Source: a virus
Lineage: Duplodnaviria; Caudoviricetes
Length of the DNA stretch: 55,339 bases
Reading direction: 5' to 3' (one strand)
Virus record (IMG/VR): IMGVR_UViG_3300035003_000007
Span: 1-55,339 of that record
How positions within the stretch are numbered: the first letter of the stretch is position 1; each line of letters begins with the position of its first letter. The position numbers and the translations under genes are program-made. The notes below the pieces were generated by a model. It was not told the origin of the DNA and searched no databases. It saw only the letters and a program-made list of their open reading frames with translations. This document shows, in pieces, positions 27,185 through 36,500 of this stretch.

Positions 27185-29110
27185 GTGCGGCGGCGTGTCG
27201 GCGCCATGCTCCGGCCGCCGCCGCAGCTCACCGTCTCGGAATGGGCCGAGCGCCATCGCATGCTCGGCAGCCGCGCCTCGGCGGAGCCTGGCCCCTGGCG
27301 CACCAGCCGCACGCCGTATCTGAAGGACGTGATGGACGCGCTCTCCGCGGTGCATCCCGCCCGCCGCGTCGTGTTCATGAAGGGCGCGCAGGTGGGCGCG
27401 ACGGAAAGCGGAAACAACTGGCTCGGCTACATCATGCACCACGTGCCGGCGCCGGCGCTGGCGGTGCAGCCGACCGTGGAACTGGCCAAGCGCTTCTCGC
27501 GCCAGCGCATCGACCCGCTGCTGGAGGAGACGCCCGCGCTGCGGGAGCGGGTTGCCCCGGCGCGTGCGCGCGACAGCGGCAACACCATGCTGTCGAAGGA
27601 ATTCCCAGGCGGCATCCTGGTGCTGACCGGCGCCAACAGCGCGGTCGGGCTGCGCTCGATGACGGCGCGGTTCCTGTTTCTCGACGAGGTGGACGCCTAT
27701 CCCGGCGATGTCGCCGGCGAGGGCGACCCCATCGCCCTGGCTGAAGCTCGCGCCCGCACCTTCGGCTGGCGGCGCAAGGCCTTCCTGGTCAGCACGCCAA
27801 CCATCGCTGGCCGCAGCCGCATCGAGCGGGAGTATCTGGCGAGCGACCAGCGGCGCTTCTTCGTGGCGTGCGTGGCGTGCGGGGAGATGCAGTGGCTGCG
27901 CTTCGAGCGGCTGCTTTGGGAGAAGGGTGCGCCGGAGACGGCGCGGTATCGCTGCTCGGCCTGCGACCACCCGATGCAGGAGCACGACAAGACCACCATG
28001 CTCGGCGGCGGGGAATGGCGCGCGACGGCGGAGGGCCAGGATCCGCATACCATCGGCTTCCACATCTCGGCGCTCTACTCGCCCGTGGGCTGGCTGTCCT
28101 GGGCGCAGATCGCGCGGGATTGGGAGGCAGCCCAGGGCAAGCCCGAGGACATCAAGACTTTCAAGAACACGGTGCTCGGCGAGACCTGGCAGGAACAGGG
28201 CGAGGCACCGGATTGGGAACGCCTGGTCGAGCGCCGCGAGGATTTTGCCATGGGCGTGGTGCCCAAGGGCGTGCTGGTGCTGACCGCGGGCGTGGACGTG
28301 CAGGATGATCGCCTGGAATGCGACGTCTGGGGCTGGGCGGAGGGCTTCTCCTCCTGGCTGGTGGACCACGTGGTGATCCCGGGCAGCCCGCGCGACCGTG
28401 AGCCCTGGGACGAACTCGCCCGGGTGCTGGCGCGCGACTGGCCTCGGCAGGGCGGCGGCGCGATGCGCATCGCCCGGCTTTGCGTCGACACCGGCGGCCG
28501 CGACACGGCGGCTGTCTATGGCCACCTGCGCCGCCTGCGGGATCCGCGGATCGCGCCGACCAAGGGCATCGATGGGTGGAACCGGGCGCAGCCAGTGCAG
28601 GGCCCGACGCCGGTGGACGCGCTGGTCAACGGCCAGAAGCTGCGCCGCGGCCTCAAGCTCTGGACCGTGTCGGTCTCGACCTGGAAGGCCGATCTCTATC
28701 GCCGGCTCTGGCTCGGCGGCGGCGACGCGGAGGATGTGCCACCGGGTTGGGTGCATCTGCCGCGCGCGATCGAGGTGGAGTGGGTCAAGCAGCTTGTCGC
28801 TGAGCAGCTGCGCACCACGAAGGACCGCCGCGGCTTTGCACGCCAGGAATGGGCCAAGCTGCGGGAGCGGAACGAGGCCCTGGACTGCGCGGTGCTGGCC
28901 CGCGCCGCGCTGTGGCTGCTCGGCGCCGATCGCTACGGCGATCGCTTCTGGCAGCAACTGCGGGACCAGATCGCGGATGCACCTCTGCGGGCGAGCGAGG
29001 TTCCCACCGCAGGGAATGTCGCTCCCCCATCGCCGCCTCCGGCGCCAGCCGCATCCGACACCCAACGCCCACGCGGCTGGCTCGCGCCGCGCAGCGGCTG
29101 GCTTCGCTGA
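27185..29110 (+). CDS. Terminase large subunit, GpA family
   Basis: TVSEWAE, RTPY, KGAQVGATE, FLDEVD, VSTPT, AGVDVQDDRLE, RNEALDC. Confidence 0.95.
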   Translation: MRRRVGAMLRPPPQLTVSEWAERHRMLGSRASAEPGPWRTSRTPYLKDVMDALSAVHPARRVVFMKGAQVGATESGNNWLGYIMHHVPAPALAVQPTVELAKRFSRQRIDPLLEETPALRERVAPARARDSGNTMLSKEFPGGILVLTGANSAVGLRSMTARFLFLDEVDAYPGDVAGEGDPIALAEARARTFGWRRKAFLVSTPTIAGRSRIEREYLASDQRRFFVACVACGEMQWLRFERLLWEKGAPETARYRCSACDHPMQEHDKTTMLGGGEWRATAEGQDPHTIGFHISALYSPVGWLSWAQIARDWEAAQGKPEDIKTFKNTVLGETWQEQGEAPDWERLVERREDFAMGVVPKGVLVLTAGVDVQDDRLECDVWGWAEGFSSWLVDHVVIPGSPRDREPWDELARVLARDWPRQGGGAMRIARLCVDTGGRDTAAVYGHLRRLRDPRIAPTKGIDGWNRAQPVQGPTPVDALVNGQKLRRGLKLWTVSVSTWKADLYRRLWLGGGDAEDVPPGWVHLPRAIEVEWVKQLVAEQLRTTKDRRGFARQEWAKLRERNEALDCAVLARAALWLLGADRYGDRFWQQLRDQIADAPLRASEVPTAGNVAPPSPPPAPAASDTQRPRGWLAPRSGWLR

Positions 29111-29121
29111 AGGAGGAGGTG

Positions 29122-29358
29122 ATGAACCCGACCGTCCTCGCCTGGGCGCTGGCGCAGCCCGCTGGCACCCGCGCGTCCGTGCTGGCCGCGGCCTTCACGG
29201 GCGGCACGACCCGCGTGACCTTCGACGGCCGCACAGTGGAGTACCGCTCCCTGGACGAACTCGGCCGCGCCCTGTCGGTGCTGCACGCTGCCGAAAACGC
29301 TGCCGCGCGCCGCCCCAGCGTCACGTTGGCCAGCTTCTCGCGCGAGGGCAGCGGGTGA
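29122..29358 (+). CDS. Head-tail joining protein (gpW-like)
   Basis: GGAGGAGG RBS; VTFDGRTVEYRSLDEL; lies between terminase and portal. Confidence 0.85.
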   Translation: MNPTVLAWALAQPAGTRASVLAAAFTGGTTRVTFDGRTVEYRSLDELGRALSVLHAAENAAARRPSVTLASFSREGSG

Positions 29359-30833
29359 TGGGGCGTCTCCGCGATGCCTGGCACGCGCTGCGCGGCTATG
29401 CCGCCGCGCAGGACAGCCGCGCCTCGAGCTGGGCGGCCTCGGGCGGCAGCGCCACGGCCGAGGTCGGCGCGGCCGCGGCCACCGTCGCACGCCGTGCCCG
29501 CGATGCCGTGCGCAACGACCCGTATGCCGCCCGCATCGTCGATCTGTGGACCGGCAACGCGGTCGGCGCCGGCATCACCACCCGCTGGCCGGACAAGCCG
29601 CATGCCGAGGCCTGGCGCCGCTGGTCCGACAGCACGGCCTGCGACGCCGAGGGCCGGCTTGATCTCTTCGGCCTGCAGGCGCTGGTGATGCGGGCGGTGG
29701 TGGAGAGCGGCGAATGCTTCGTCCGCCTGCTGCCGGCCGACATTTCGCCGGCGAACCCGATCGGCCTCCGCCTCCAGGTGCTGGAGAGCGACCATCTCGA
29801 CACGGCACGGCAGGGCGTCATCGACGGCGTCCCCACGCTGCAGGGCATCGGCCTCGGCGAGGCCGGTGAGCCGGTCGGCTACTGGCTGCACCGCGTGCAT
29901 CCCGGCGCGTCGTGGGTGCTGCCGGGAGGTGCCACCTGGTTGAGCAGCCAGCCTGTTCCGGCGCGCGACGTCCTGCACATCTATCGCAAGCGCCGCCCCG
30001 GTCAGATGCGCGACGTCTCCTGGCTCGCGCCAGTGCTGACCCGGCTGCGCGATCTCGGCGACTACGAGGCGGCTCTGCTGATGAAGGCCAAGATCGAGGC
30101 CTGCCTCGCCGCGGTCGTCTCCGAGGATGGCGACGAGGCCATGACTGGCCCGGCGTCAGGCCTGCTGCGCGACGCCCAGGGCCGCACCGTGGAGAGCTTC
30201 GAGCCCGGCATGATCCTGTATCGCCGCGGCATGGGATCCGTGGAGGTCGTGAACCCGTCCGGCGGTGGATCACACGCTGCGTTTGCCCGGCGCGCGCTGG
30301 AGGCGTCAGCGGTCGGCACCGGCCTCACCTACGACCAGGTGGCCGGCGATCTGACCCAGGCGAACTACTCCAGCCTGCGGGCCGGCAAGATCGAGTTCCG
30401 TCGCCTCTGCGAGCAGGTCCAGTACGGCATGCTGATCCCGATGCTGGTGCGGCCCATCGCGGACCGCTTCCACGCGCAGGGCGCGCTGCTCGGCCTGTGG
30501 GGCGACGAGATCCCGGCGGACATGTCGCACGTCCCGCCGGCGCACGAGATGATCGACCCGCTCAAGGACACCACGGCGCTGATTGCGCAGGTCCGCGCCG
30601 GCTTCGTGCCGCAGCCGGAGGCGGTCGGCGCCTTCGGCTACGATTTCCGCCAGGTCGTCGAGATGATCCGCGAGGCCAATGCCCTGCTCGACGAGGCGGG
30701 CCTCTCGCTCGACACTGATCCGCGCCGCGTCGCGAAGTCGGGCGCCGCGCAGGACGCCGCCCAGCTCGCCGCCATCGAGATCGCCGCCACCGGCGCCGCG
30801 GGGCCACCGCGCGAGACGGACAGGCCAGATTGA
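29358..30833 (+). CDS. Portal protein, lambda family
   Basis: RARDAVRNDPYA, ESGECFVR, RPGQMRDVSW, GDLTQANYSSLRAG, IDPLKD. Confidence 0.95.
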   Translation: MGRLRDAWHALRGYAAAQDSRASSWAASGGSATAEVGAAAATVARRARDAVRNDPYAARIVDLWTGNAVGAGITTRWPDKPHAEAWRRWSDSTACDAEGRLDLFGLQALVMRAVVESGECFVRLLPADISPANPIGLRLQVLESDHLDTARQGVIDGVPTLQGIGLGEAGEPVGYWLHRVHPGASWVLPGGATWLSSQPVPARDVLHIYRKRRPGQMRDVSWLAPVLTRLRDLGDYEAALLMKAKIEACLAAVVSEDGDEAMTGPASGLLRDAQGRTVESFEPGMILYRRGMGSVEVVNPSGGGSHAAFARRALEASAVGTGLTYDQVAGDLTQANYSSLRAGKIEFRRLCEQVQYGMLIPMLVRPIADRFHAQGALLGLWGDEIPADMSHVPPAHEMIDPLKDTTALIAQVRAGFVPQPEAVGAFGYDFRQVVEMIREANALLDEAGLSLDTDPRRVAKSGAAQDAAQLAAIEIAATGAAGPPRETDRPD

Positions 30834-32148
30834 GCAACTTGGGATCGCCGGACTTGATGATCACTATGCGGCCGTCGACGCCTGTGGCGCGTCAGATGTT
30901 GCATCGGCCCTACAATCGACAGGATCGCAGCGTCCCGGTGCGCATAATTCACACTTCGAGACGCGAGACCATGTCGAGGAAACCCCCGGCGGTCGTCCGC
31001 GGCGCCGTCATGGCCAACGGAATTCCGAACGTCGCCGCCTCACGCACCTCGCTGGCCGTAGCGCCGTAGCGGCGGCGAAACGCGCGGCTGAAGACCGATG
31101 CGTCGCAATAGCCCACGGAGTCCGCAATTTGTTGAATGGAACGACGCTCACCTGAGTCTTCGAGTCGGCGCCGTGCCTCGGCCAAGCGTTCAGCCTTGAT
31201 GGCCTTTGCAACGCCGCCCAGCGGCTCGAACAGTCGGTAAAGCGCGCTGCGCGAAAGGCCCGCGTCCCGACAAAGCCGCTCCGGCGTCAAGATCGCAGAC
31301 CCAAGCCTCGCACGAATAATGGCACAAACTCGTTTGCGCAGCACGGCTTCTGCATGCGGGCGAGCAGCTTTGAGGTTGTCGGCGCCTGGCGCGAGGGTCC
31401 CGCGAAGCAGCGTGAGGGTGGCGTCGGTTAAGTGGGGCACGTCGGCGAGGGTCATGTTGGGCAAGCAAGCAGCCATGTCACGCAGGAACGCGACGAGAAG
31501 CTGACCCATCGGCGTGGTGAGCGCCTGGACGCCGTCAACGCCGCCCGGCAGGCCGAGACCCGGCAGCGCGTCCCGCGTTACAAAGGCGACAAGCCAATCC
31601 TCCTCAGCACCTGGGCGTTCGACCGCAAAGGGCTGGTCGCAGGACATGAGGATCGGCCGCGCCGCTGAGACGTGCTGTGTCGTCCCATCGATTACGACGC
31701 GCTGTGCGCTGCGGACCGGGATATTGAGAAGCCAATGATCCAGCCCGTCTCGCCGGACCATGGCGGGCGTGCGACGCTGGTCGAGCGGCGGAGAACTGGT
31801 GCGCTTCATCACGATGGAACCAAGCGACCAGGCCGTGTAGCTCGCCGAGCTGTCAGCCCAAGCCTCGCGCTGGATCAGCTCTGCGAACCTGATTGCGTCG
31901 GCGCGGTAGGCCTCGAATCGCTGCGCTACTGGGAGTCCCTGCGTCGTGAAGCTGACGCTGGGAAGCGGGCGGGAAGGCCTGCCGCTACCGGCATATTTCG
32001 TCACAGATCGGCATCCCCACCATTGGTTCTTCTAGGTTGTCCTAATGGGTAGCCTTTGGGGCCCATCCCCTGTCAAGTCGGTCGTAGACAGGTCGCCAGC
32101 GCCGCCCCGGACGCAACACAACTCGCCGCCATCGAGATCGCCGCCACC
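30765..32148 (+). repeat. 27-bp exact direct repeat (30765-30791 and 32122-32148), part of a ~70-bp degenerate copy of the portal 3' end
   Basis: CTCGCCGCCATCGAGATCGCCGCCACC occurs at both positions. The second copy translates SAAPDATQLAAIEIAATSVAAPPRSDPQQQG*. Confidence 0.9.
30949..32004 (-). CDS. AraC-family transcriptional regulator (cargo)
   Basis: FTTQGLPVAQRFEAY N-domain; LTPERLCRDAGLSRSALYRLFEPLGG...SIQQIADSVGYCDASVFSRAFRRRYGATASEVR. Confidence 0.92.
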   Translation of the reverse strand: MTKYAGSGRPSRPLPSVSFTTQGLPVAQRFEAYRADAIRFAELIQREAWADSSASYTAWSLGSIVMKRTSSPPLDQRRTPAMVRRDGLDHWLLNIPVRSAQRVVIDGTTQHVSAARPILMSCDQPFAVERPGAEEDWLVAFVTRDALPGLGLPGGVDGVQALTTPMGQLLVAFLRDMAACLPNMTLADVPHLTDATLTLLRGTLAPGADNLKAARPHAEAVLRKRVCAIIRARLGSAILTPERLCRDAGLSRSALYRLFEPLGGVAKAIKAERLAEARRRLEDSGERRSIQQIADSVGYCDASVFSRAFRRRYGATASEVREAATFGIPLAMTAPRTTAGGFLDMVSRLEV

Positions 32149-32197
32149 AGCGTCGCGGCACCGCCGCGTTCCGACCCGCAACAGCAGGGCTGACATC

Positions 32198-34249
32198 ATG
32201 ACCGAACCCATCGAACCGGCCGGCAGCGATGCCGCGCCGGAGACTGCCGCTGCGCCCGATCGCCCTGCTCCGGCCGCGCCGGTTCCCATCGATGGGCAGT
32301 CGATCGTGGCGCATCGCGCGCTCACCGCGCCCGCCACCGTCGATCGCGCCGCCCGCACCGTCGAGGTCGTCTGGTCCACCGGCGCCCGCGCCCGCAACTT
32401 CGTCCCCGCCCTCGGCCTCATCACCGAGGAGCTGGAGATGTCGCCCAACGCCGTGCGCATGGACGCGCTGCGCTCCGGCAACGCACCGGTGCTGAACACC
32501 CATCGCAGCATGGATGCGCGCGACGTGCTCGGCCGCGTCACCGCCGCCCGCCTCGAGCGCGGCCGCGGCATGGCCACGCTGCAATTCTCCTCCGCCGCCG
32601 ACGTCGAGCCAGTCTGGCAGCGCATCGCCGACGGCACGCTGCGCGCCGTCAGCGTCGGCTATCGCGTCCACCGCTACGAGCCACGGCCGGACATCGCCAC
32701 CGGCACCACCGTCCACCGCGCCGTGGATTGGGAACCCTTCGAGATCTCCGTCGTGCCGATCCCGGTGGATCGCGACGCCGCAGTTCGCGCGCAGGGGGAC
32801 CAGGGCGCCCCCATGCCCGCCATCGAACCCGCCCTCACCGAGAAGGACACCACCATGCCCGACGCCAACGACACCCCGCCCGAGAACGCCCCGGTGCCCA
32901 CCACGCCCGCGCCCGAGCCGGAGCGCACCGCGCCGCCCGCCGATCCCGCCGCCGAGGCCACGCGCGCCGAGCGCAGCCGCATCGCCGGCATCGACACCGC
33001 CGTCGAGGCCGCCCGCGCCCTGCTCTCGGCCGACCGTGTGGCCGCCCTGCGCGCCGACGCCGTCGAGCGCGGCTGGTCCCCCGACGACACCCGCCGCGCC
33101 CTGTTCGACGCCCTGGTGCGCCACGCGCCGCGCCCCTCCATGCCGGCCAACCCGGCCTCGCATGCCGGCCCTCCGCGGGCCGAGATCCTCGACGCCATGG
33201 CCGAGGCGATCGCCGCCCGCGCCATGCCGGGCTACCAGCCCTCCGGCAATGGCCGCCACGCCGAATTCATGGGCTGGCGCCCCTCCGACATGGTGCGCGA
33301 ACTGCTCACCCTTCATGGCGAGACGCAGGTGCCGCGCGATCCGGTGCGCCTCGCCGAGCGCGCCTTCCACACCACCTCCGACTTCCCTGCGCTGCTCTCG
33401 GCGGCGGCCAACAAGATGCTGCTCGCCGCCTACGCGCCCGCCGCGCCGACCTATCGGCAGATCTTCCTCCGCCGCGATTTCCGCGACTTCAAGCCGCACC
33501 GGCACCTGCGCATCGGCGACTTCCCCGTCCTGCAGCCGCTGCTGGAGAATGGCGAGATCCAGGCCGGCACCATGTCCGAGAGCCAGGAGATCGTGCTGCT
33601 GCAGACCTTCGCGCGCCGCATCCGCGTGACGCGGCAGATGCTGGTGAACGACGATCTCGGCGCCTTCACCGACTTCGCGGCGATGATCGGCCGGCGTGTC
33701 GCCGACTTCGAGAACGCCACCGCCTATGCCCTGGTGAACCTCGCCAACGGCGATGGCCCGACGCTCACCACCGGGAGCGCGGCGGTGTTCGCGACGGGGG
33801 CAGTGCGGGCGAACAAGGCCGCGGCCGGCACCGCGCTGGACGAGGCCAACATCGCCAAGGGCCGTGAGGCCATCATGAAGCAGCGCACGCTCGACGGCCT
33901 GCCGATCTCGCTCGGCCGCAGCATGCGCGTGCTGGTGGGGCCCGCGCTGGAACTTCCCGCGCTGAAGCTCACCGCGGCCATCGCCCCGGCGGCGTCGGCG
34001 AACGTGAACCCCTATGTCGGGCTGCTGCAGCCGGTGGTCGAGCCACTGATTTCGGCGAACCGCTGGTATCTCTTCGCCGAACCGCCGACCACGCCGGTCT
34101 ATGTCTACGGCTACCTCAACGGCGCCGAGGGACCGCAGGTCACCACCGGCCCGGTCTCCGGCGTCGATGGCATCGAGGTCAGCGTGATCTTCGACTTCGG
34201 CGTCGGTGCCATCGACTGGCGCGGCGCCTGGTTCAACCCGGGCACCTGA
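32198..34249 (+). CDS. Prohead protease / major capsid fusion protein
   Basis: RTVEVVWSTGA, APVLNTH, VSVGYRV, WEPFEISVVPIP (protease); HTTSDFP, RDFK, NDDLGAF, DFGVGAIDWRG (capsid). Confidence 0.93.
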   Translation: MTEPIEPAGSDAAPETAAAPDRPAPAAPVPIDGQSIVAHRALTAPATVDRAARTVEVVWSTGARARNFVPALGLITEELEMSPNAVRMDALRSGNAPVLNTHRSMDARDVLGRVTAARLERGRGMATLQFSSAADVEPVWQRIADGTLRAVSVGYRVHRYEPRPDIATGTTVHRAVDWEPFEISVVPIPVDRDAAVRAQGDQGAPMPAIEPALTEKDTTMPDANDTPPENAPVPTTPAPEPERTAPPADPAAEATRAERSRIAGIDTAVEAARALLSADRVAALRADAVERGWSPDDTRRALFDALVRHAPRPSMPANPASHAGPPRAEILDAMAEAIAARAMPGYQPSGNGRHAEFMGWRPSDMVRELLTLHGETQVPRDPVRLAERAFHTTSDFPALLSAAANKMLLAAYAPAAPTYRQIFLRRDFRDFKPHRHLRIGDFPVLQPLLENGEIQAGTMSESQEIVLLQTFARRIRVTRQMLVNDDLGAFTDFAAMIGRRVADFENATAYALVNLANGDGPTLTTGSAAVFATGAVRANKAAAGTALDEANIAKGREAIMKQRTLDGLPISLGRSMRVLVGPALELPALKLTAAIAPAASANVNPYVGLLQPVVEPLISANRWYLFAEPPTTPVYVYGYLNGAEGPQVTTGPVSGVDGIEVSVIFDFGVGAIDWRGAWFNPGT

Positions 34250-34280
34250 TCCCGGCTGCTCCCTTCCGTCATCAATCCAT

Positions 34281-34316
34281 GCAGAGGCCGCCCCACCGGG
34301 CGGCTTCTGCGTTTGT
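34281..34316 (+). terminator. Rho-independent terminator-like hairpin after the capsid gene
   Basis: GCAGAGGCCGCCC-CACC-GGGCGGCTTCTGC followed by GTTTGT. Confidence 0.65.
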
Positions 34317-34331
34317 GGAGACCCCATTCCC

Positions 34332-34679
34332 ATGCGCAACTTCATCCAGCCGGGCGACAGCCTGGCGGTCGGCGTCCCCTATGCCGGTGGCATCCTCTCC
34401 GGCCAGGGCGTGCTCGTCGGCGCGCTGTTCGGCGTGGCAGCCGTCGACGGCGCGCAGAACGCCGTCATCGAGGCCGCCACCCAGGGCGTGTTCGACATCA
34501 CCAAGGAGCCGGCGCTCGCCATCACCGCCGGCGCGCGCGTCTTCTGGGACAACACCAACCGGCGCATCACCACCACCGCCACAGGCAATTTCTGCGTCGG
34601 CATCGCCGCGCTCGCGGCCCTGGCGGCGGACACGACGGTGCGCGTCTGGCTCAGTCGCGTTCCGGCCTCGGGGGCGTGA
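34332..34679 (+). CDS. DUF2190 head decoration/cement protein
   Basis: MRNFIQPGDSL...SGQGVLVGALFGVA...GVFDITK...VFWDNT. Confidence 0.88.
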   Translation: MRNFIQPGDSLAVGVPYAGGILSGQGVLVGALFGVAAVDGAQNAVIEAATQGVFDITKEPALAITAGARVFWDNTNRRITTTATGNFCVGIAALAALAADTTVRVWLSRVPASGA

Positions 34680-34981
34680 CCGCCTTCGATGCGGCGCTGG
34701 CCGTGCTGGCGGCGGACCCGAACCTCGGCACCGACGCCACCTGGCAGCGTGGCGCTGGGCCGGCCGTGCCGGTGCGGGTACTGCGCGCGTCACCGGATAA
34801 GATACGCGACGCCTTCGGCACGGCGCTGATCCAGGCCACCGACGTGCTGACGGTGCCGGTCGCCGCGCTGCCGGAGATCCTCGCCGGCGACGTGTTCTCC
34901 CTCGGCGCCGACATCCTCACCGTCCAGCACGCCGAGCGCGATGCCGCCGGCACCGCCTGGCGCGTCCTCTGCCAGCGATAG
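34676..34981 (+). CDS. Head-tail joining protein
   Basis: GTG start coupled to the previous stop; AFDAALAVLAADPNLG...PD....FG...AERD. Confidence 0.75.
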   Translation: MTAFDAALAVLAADPNLGTDATWQRGAGPAVPVRVLRASPDKIRDAFGTALIQATDVLTVPVAALPEILAGDVFSLGADILTVQHAERDAAGTAWRVLCQR

Positions 34982-34990
34982 GAGCGAGCC

Positions 34991-35314
34991 ATGCCGCAGA
35001 GCACCCTCGGCCAGTGGAGCGTGCCGCTCGACCTCGCGCTGGGGGCTGCGGCGGGCCTCGCCGGCGGCTTCGTGCGCTGGAACAATCCGGAGCGTCGGCG
35101 CCTCGGCTGGTGCCTGGTGTGGGAGGTTCCCTCCGCGGCGCTCGTGGGCAGCGCCGGCTACGCGCTCGGCGGTCTGCTCGAATTCAACGAATACGGGCGG
35201 TTCCTGTTCGCCTTCGTGTTCGGCTATCTCGGGCAGGCCGCGCTGCATGACCTCGCCGTCGCCGTGCTGCGCCATCGTGCGGGATTGCCGCCCAAGGATG
35301 GCGGCACGTCGTGA
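34991..35314 (+). CDS. Holin-like membrane protein (3 TM)
   Basis: AGGAG RBS; three hydrophobic segments, FGYLG motif, basic tail. Confidence 0.55.
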   Translation: MPQSTLGQWSVPLDLALGAAAGLAGGFVRWNNPERRRLGWCLVWEVPSAALVGSAGYALGGLLEFNEYGRFLFAFVFGYLGQAALHDLAVAVLRHRAGLPPKDGGTS

Positions 35315-36036
35315 GGCTCGGCGCCACGATCGTCGGTGACCTGCGCCGGGTGCTGGCGGCGGAGGTGCAGGCTGGCGAGCGCGCCGCCATGACCGCCGTG
35401 CGGGCCGAGACCGAGCAGGTGAAGCAGGAGTTGCGCAAGCAGGTGACGACGGCCTTCTCGGGCAACGCGCGCGGCGTGGCCAACGCCTGGCGGTCGATGA
35501 TCTTCCCGCGGAGCGGGCAGTCGCTGCGGCCGGCGGGGCTGGTGTTCACCAAGGTTCCGGCGATCATCGATGCCTTTGAGCGCGGTGCGCTGATCCGCGC
35601 CAAGGGTGGCGGGAAGTTCCTTGCCATCCCGACCGGCTTCAACGCCGCGCGCGGACGCCGGGGGCGTGGTGAGAAGGGCATGCGCGTCACGCCGGCGCAG
35701 ATGGTCGCTTCCGGGCAGGCCTTCCTTCGCCCCTTCAAGTCCGGCCGTGGCTTCGTCTGGTGCCTTCCGCTGCGCCTGGGCGAGCAGACCGGGCGACGTC
35801 GCCGGACCCGGCTGGTGGCGGGCGGCGTCACCGAGGTCGGCACCGCCAATCGCAAGGGCCGCGAGGCCTGGGCGCGTGGACTGCTGGAGCAGGGGATGGT
35901 GCCGATGTTCCTGCTGCTGCCCCAGGTGAAGCTCGCCAAGCGGCTCGATGTGCGCGGTGCGGCTGAGCGCGGGCTGCGCCGCCTGCCAGGGCGCTTCGTG
36001 GCGGCTTGGGAACGCGAGAGCGGGAGGGCCGCGTGA
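35311..36036 (+). CDS. DUF6441-like neck/tail completion protein
   Basis: GERAAMTAVR...IIDAFERGALIR..GGKFLAIPT...VPMFLLLPQVKLAKRLD. Confidence 0.8.
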   Translation: MRLGATIVGDLRRVLAAEVQAGERAAMTAVRAETEQVKQELRKQVTTAFSGNARGVANAWRSMIFPRSGQSLRPAGLVFTKVPAIIDAFERGALIRAKGGGKFLAIPTGFNAARGRRGRGEKGMRVTPAQMVASGQAFLRPFKSGRGFVWCLPLRLGEQTGRRRRTRLVAGGVTEVGTANRKGREAWARGLLEQGMVPMFLLLPQVKLAKRLDVRGAAERGLRRLPGRFVAAWERESGRAA

Positions 36037-36479
36037 GCACGCGCGAGACCGCCATAGCCGCGCTGCACAGCCGGCTGGTCACGGCGCTCGCCGTTCGGAA
36101 CCCGGCACCGACGGTCCAGCGCGGCGAGACCATCCCGCAGCGCATTCCCGCCGGCGGACTGGTCGTCGTACGCGACGGCGAGACGGTGGAGGAGACACCG
36201 ATCCTGTCGCCACTCGCCTGGCAGATCGAGCATCGCGCCGAGGTGGAGATCACAGTCGCCGGTGCGGCGCCCGCCGCACGCAACGCCCTGCTGGACGCGC
36301 TGCTGGTGGACATTGCCGCGGCGATCGCCACCAGCCGCACCCTCGGCGGCGCCGTCGAATGGGCGCAGCCCGGCAGCGCGTCCTTCGAGGACGTCGAATT
36401 CGAGGGCGCCGCCGCGGCCCGCGCCGCCGCCATCCCCGTGACCCTCTGGTTCACCGTCGCCGGCTCGCCGCTGGCCTGA
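36033..36479 (+). CDS. Tail terminator-like protein
   Basis: STRETAIAAL...IPAGGLVVVRDG...SRTLGG; directly before the tail tube gene. Confidence 0.75.
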   Translation: MSTRETAIAALHSRLVTALAVRNPAPTVQRGETIPQRIPAGGLVVVRDGETVEETPILSPLAWQIEHRAEVEITVAGAAPAARNALLDALLVDIAAAIATSRTLGGAVEWAQPGSASFEDVEFEGAAAARAAAIPVTLWFTVAGSPLA

Positions 36480-36500
36480 TCCCGCTCCAGGAGAAAGCCC

